From the NCBI GenBank assembly GCA_043228905.1, contig JBHGNT010000007.1, positions 11,098,001-11,162,000 of the forward strand: a stretch of DNA of 64,000 nucleotides, read 5' to 3'. The notes beneath the pieces are model-generated. The model made no database searches, was not told where the DNA came from, and saw only the letters and a program-made list of their open reading frames with translations. Positions within the stretch are counted from its first letter, which is position 1; each line of letters starts with the position of its first letter. Positions 61,001 through 64,000 of the stretch are shown here, in pieces. Source of the stretch: Azolla caroliniana. Its lineage: Eukaryota > Plantae > Polypodiophyta. A program made the translations under genes and the position numbers.

Positions 61001-63812
61001 TTGGGTTGTACCAGCTGCCCAACTCATCAAATATTACATCCTGACTCACCACAATCTTTTTTGTCAAAGGGTTATAACATCTATACCCTTTTTGCTCCTT
61101 TGAATATCCAACAAAAATACATTTTTCAGCTTTTGGATCAAGCTTACTTCTTACTTCAGCAAGTACATGAACATAAGCAAGGCATCCAAACACTTTTAAG
61201 TGTTCTAAACTAGGCTTCCTGCCATAGAAACATTCTTCAGGAGTTACTTCATGCACTCCAGATGTTATACATCTATTTAGAATATAATTTGTTGTGTTTA
61301 CAGCTTCTGCCTAGTAATACAATGGCATATTTTTTTCAATCATCATGGCTCTTGCTATGTTCACCAGAGTTCTGTTTATCCTCTCAACAACTCCATTTTG
61401 TTGTGGGGTATATCTACATATGAACTGTCTTCTTATTCCTTGATTACATAGAAAAACAGAAAATTCATCTAAGAAGTATTCTCCTCCTCCATCAGATCTT
61501 AAGCATTTTATTCTAGTTACAGCTTGCTTTTCCACCATACATTTAAACTTACGGAAGCAATTAAATACTTCACTTTTTTCTTTCATGAAATAAACCCATG
61601 TTTTCCTTGAGCAATCATCAATAAATGTTACATAAAACTTACATCCACTAATTGATGCATTTTTTTGTTGGTCCCCATACATCTGTATGTACTAAATCCA
61701 ACACAATTTTGCTTACATGTCTTTCATGAGGGAAACGCAACCTATTTTGCTTTCCATATTGACATGCTTCACATATTTTGCTCATCTCACAGTCTTTGAG
61801 TTTAGGCAGTCCAACCACTACATTTTTCCTCAACATATTTTTCAAGGTTTGCATACTTATGTGACCAATTTTTTTATGCCACATTTCCACATCTAAGATT
61901 ACATTCATTTCTCCTGCAAACATGGTTGTAATCTTCCTAGGCATATCCACATCCAAAACAAACATTCTTCCTTGTCGTTTCCCTTTTGCAATGAGCTTTC
62001 CATTTTTCTCTATGAAGCATCCACTTTGCTTAAACTTCACTTGCATTCCTTGCTCCATTGGCTGTCCAACAGAAATCAGATTTTTTGCAAGGTTTGGAAC
62101 ATGCATCACATTCAACATATACTTTGTTTTCCCTTTTTCTTCCCACAATGGGATATCTCCAACATGCTCTATTTGGTGAGTAGTATTATCACCTGTCTGT
62201 ACATAACCATGAATCTCTGGTTCTCTTAGACTTTCAAACCAATTTGCATGTCCTGTCATATGATTAGATGCCCCAGAATCTACACACCACATAAACTCTT
62301 CATTGCATCTCTGTGAACATTCAGCCATTGCCATTGTTTCATGTTGCACCACAAATGCACCATCTTTATCACAGTCTTCAAGAGTTGAGGCATAATTATT
62401 TTGTTGTCTCTTCCCTCTTTTTTCATCATTTTGCTTTTTATAGCATTCATTCTGTGTATGGCCTAGTTTTCCACAATACCAACAACCATCATCATTCAAA
62501 TAAGTTTGCTTACCTCTATCTCGATTGCTCCCCCTGCCTTTGATGTTGTTTCTTCCACTTATAGCATGTTGTCCTCTTCCTTGATAACTATTGTTGTTGG
62601 TTCTAGCTAAACCAAATCTTCCATGGCCTCTTCCAGCACTATTGTAGAGGGCTTGCCCATCAATCTCAGGGTTACCTTTGTTTACATCATCCATCTGATT
62701 TTTTTCTTCCACTACAAGCATTGAAACCCGATTTGGAAAACTTGGGATGCTATCCCTTGTGAGGATGATGTTTTGAAGCTTTTATATTGAGGTCCTAAAC
62801 CTCTTAAGCATATTTCCACCTTATCATCATCTTCTACCTTCACATTGATAGAAGCAAGTGATTCACACATGCTCTTTATTTTCAGAGCATACTCATTCAC
62901 TGACATCTTACCTTTTTCCAAGGTATTTAGCTCAGTCTTCAACTGTAGCTTTCTAGCCTTTGTGTTCACTGCAAACAGTTTTACCAAATTGTCCCAAGCT
63001 TCTTTTGGAAGCATAGCATCCTGTATGTGTCCACGCATTGAATCTGAGATGCTAAGTGAGAGCCAATGCAATACTTTCCTTGCCCCTTGATTCCATTCCT
63101 TAAATGCTTTAATCTATGCAGCAGTTGCATTTTCTTCAGGGATCTCTAGAGCCTCTTCTAGGTCTCCTTCAATGTAATCCTAGTATCCTTTTCCCATCAG
63201 GAAATTTGTCATTCTAAATTTCCACACCGGGAAATTGTTTTTATCTAGTTTTTCTTTAACTATTTGGCTTGCATTCTCTGCAACCATTTTCTCTTTCAAT
63301 TAGGGTTAACTTCATAGACAACTCTCTCTGATTCAGATCAGCAACCAAAAACAAACTTCTTAGATCTCTGTACTATTTTAATATTCTTTATGAGCAACTC
63401 TGCTATGATACCATGTTACGAAGGCACTACGACTCTTTTGTGTGCACAACGGATCGTGATGTGCTGGATTGTTTAGTGCTCAAGACAGAAAGGAAGGGGA
63501 AGGAGACTTACCTTTGTGTAGCAAACCAAAAGCTTCTATTCCATTACATGTAGAGCTCAACTTGCTCTCATCTATTTTCTGTTTTCTGTTCTTACAACTA
63601 CTCTCTACTCTCACTCTTACTTTTCTACTTACTTTTTACCTAAGTTATAAGTGACTTATATATGCAGGTAATTAGCTGTCTATAGCTAAATAGCTGTGCA
63701 TAGCTAAATAGTTGTTTCACCTTTATGTCCACTAGTAGCTAATTAGCTAATAGCTACTATAGCTTATTTCTCAATAAGCATCACATACCTTTGTTGAGCT
63801 TGCTTCTCAACA
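58002..63812 (-). mobile_element. Full-length AT-rich Ty1/copia ('family D'), inactivated
   Basis: LTRs at 63414-63812 and 58002-58439, TSD GTATA, PBS tggtatcatagc, PPT ttgagggagag. All domains are present with stops and frameshifts. Confidence 0.95.
58857..59359 (+). mobile_element. Solo LTR (family-A related) in the RNase H of copia D
   Basis: tgttaggaaacaggtcc...ttca with perfect TSD GATAG. Confidence 0.93.
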
Positions 63813-64000
63813 GTATAAAGCCCGCATAGTGATGAAGGGGTTTCAACAAAAAAGGGTGTTGACTTCGACGAAATATTCGCTCTAGTCGTGAAGATGACAT
63901 CCATCCGAACAGTTCTAAGCGTAGCGGCTAGCATGGACCTAGAGATCGAACAGTTGGATGTCAAAACCGCATTCTTGCACGAGGAGTTAAATGAAGAAAT

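Larger units (their letters stand above)
55724..64000 (+). mobile_element. Decayed copia (family-A related) internal region, split by copia 58002-63812
   Basis: gag, PR and INT (VHTDVC, FIDDYSRK), then RT ...PKY|KARIVMKGFQQKKGVDFDEIF resuming at 63818. Confidence 0.9.

Overview
Eukaryotic DNA from a large, repeat-rich land-plant genome. The transposon families suggest a fern or other seed-free plant; this is inference. One host gene is recognisable: a 3-exon RER1 (ER retrieval protein, 29731-31936, +). Nearly everything else is nested transposable elements. (1) One degenerate LINE is scattered over about 25 kb (4321-29290) by five insertions: a 7-kb TIR element, a full-length Ty1/copia, a Sola2-like element carrying a RING gene, and two hAT MITEs. 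(2) The 7-kb element itself contains a TA-TSD MITE, a palindrome array and a very young, rearranged chromodomain Ty3/gypsy (Tcn1/Tf1-like). (3) Right of RER1 lies a stack of copia and gypsy elements, solo LTRs and a DUF7869/Sola-type transposase relic. The most notable signals are: covarying self-priming PBS/transcript-start duplexes in two non-autonomous chromovirus-type elements; a chimeric chromodomain ORF downstream of a captured LTR promoter; tRNA-like Pol III A/B boxes conserved inside a gypsy LTR family; a double-PPT copia lineage with a charged in-frame Pol extension; and strong CCGG enrichment in one copia. Coordinates were read by eye and family assignments come from motif recognition only; no searches were run.
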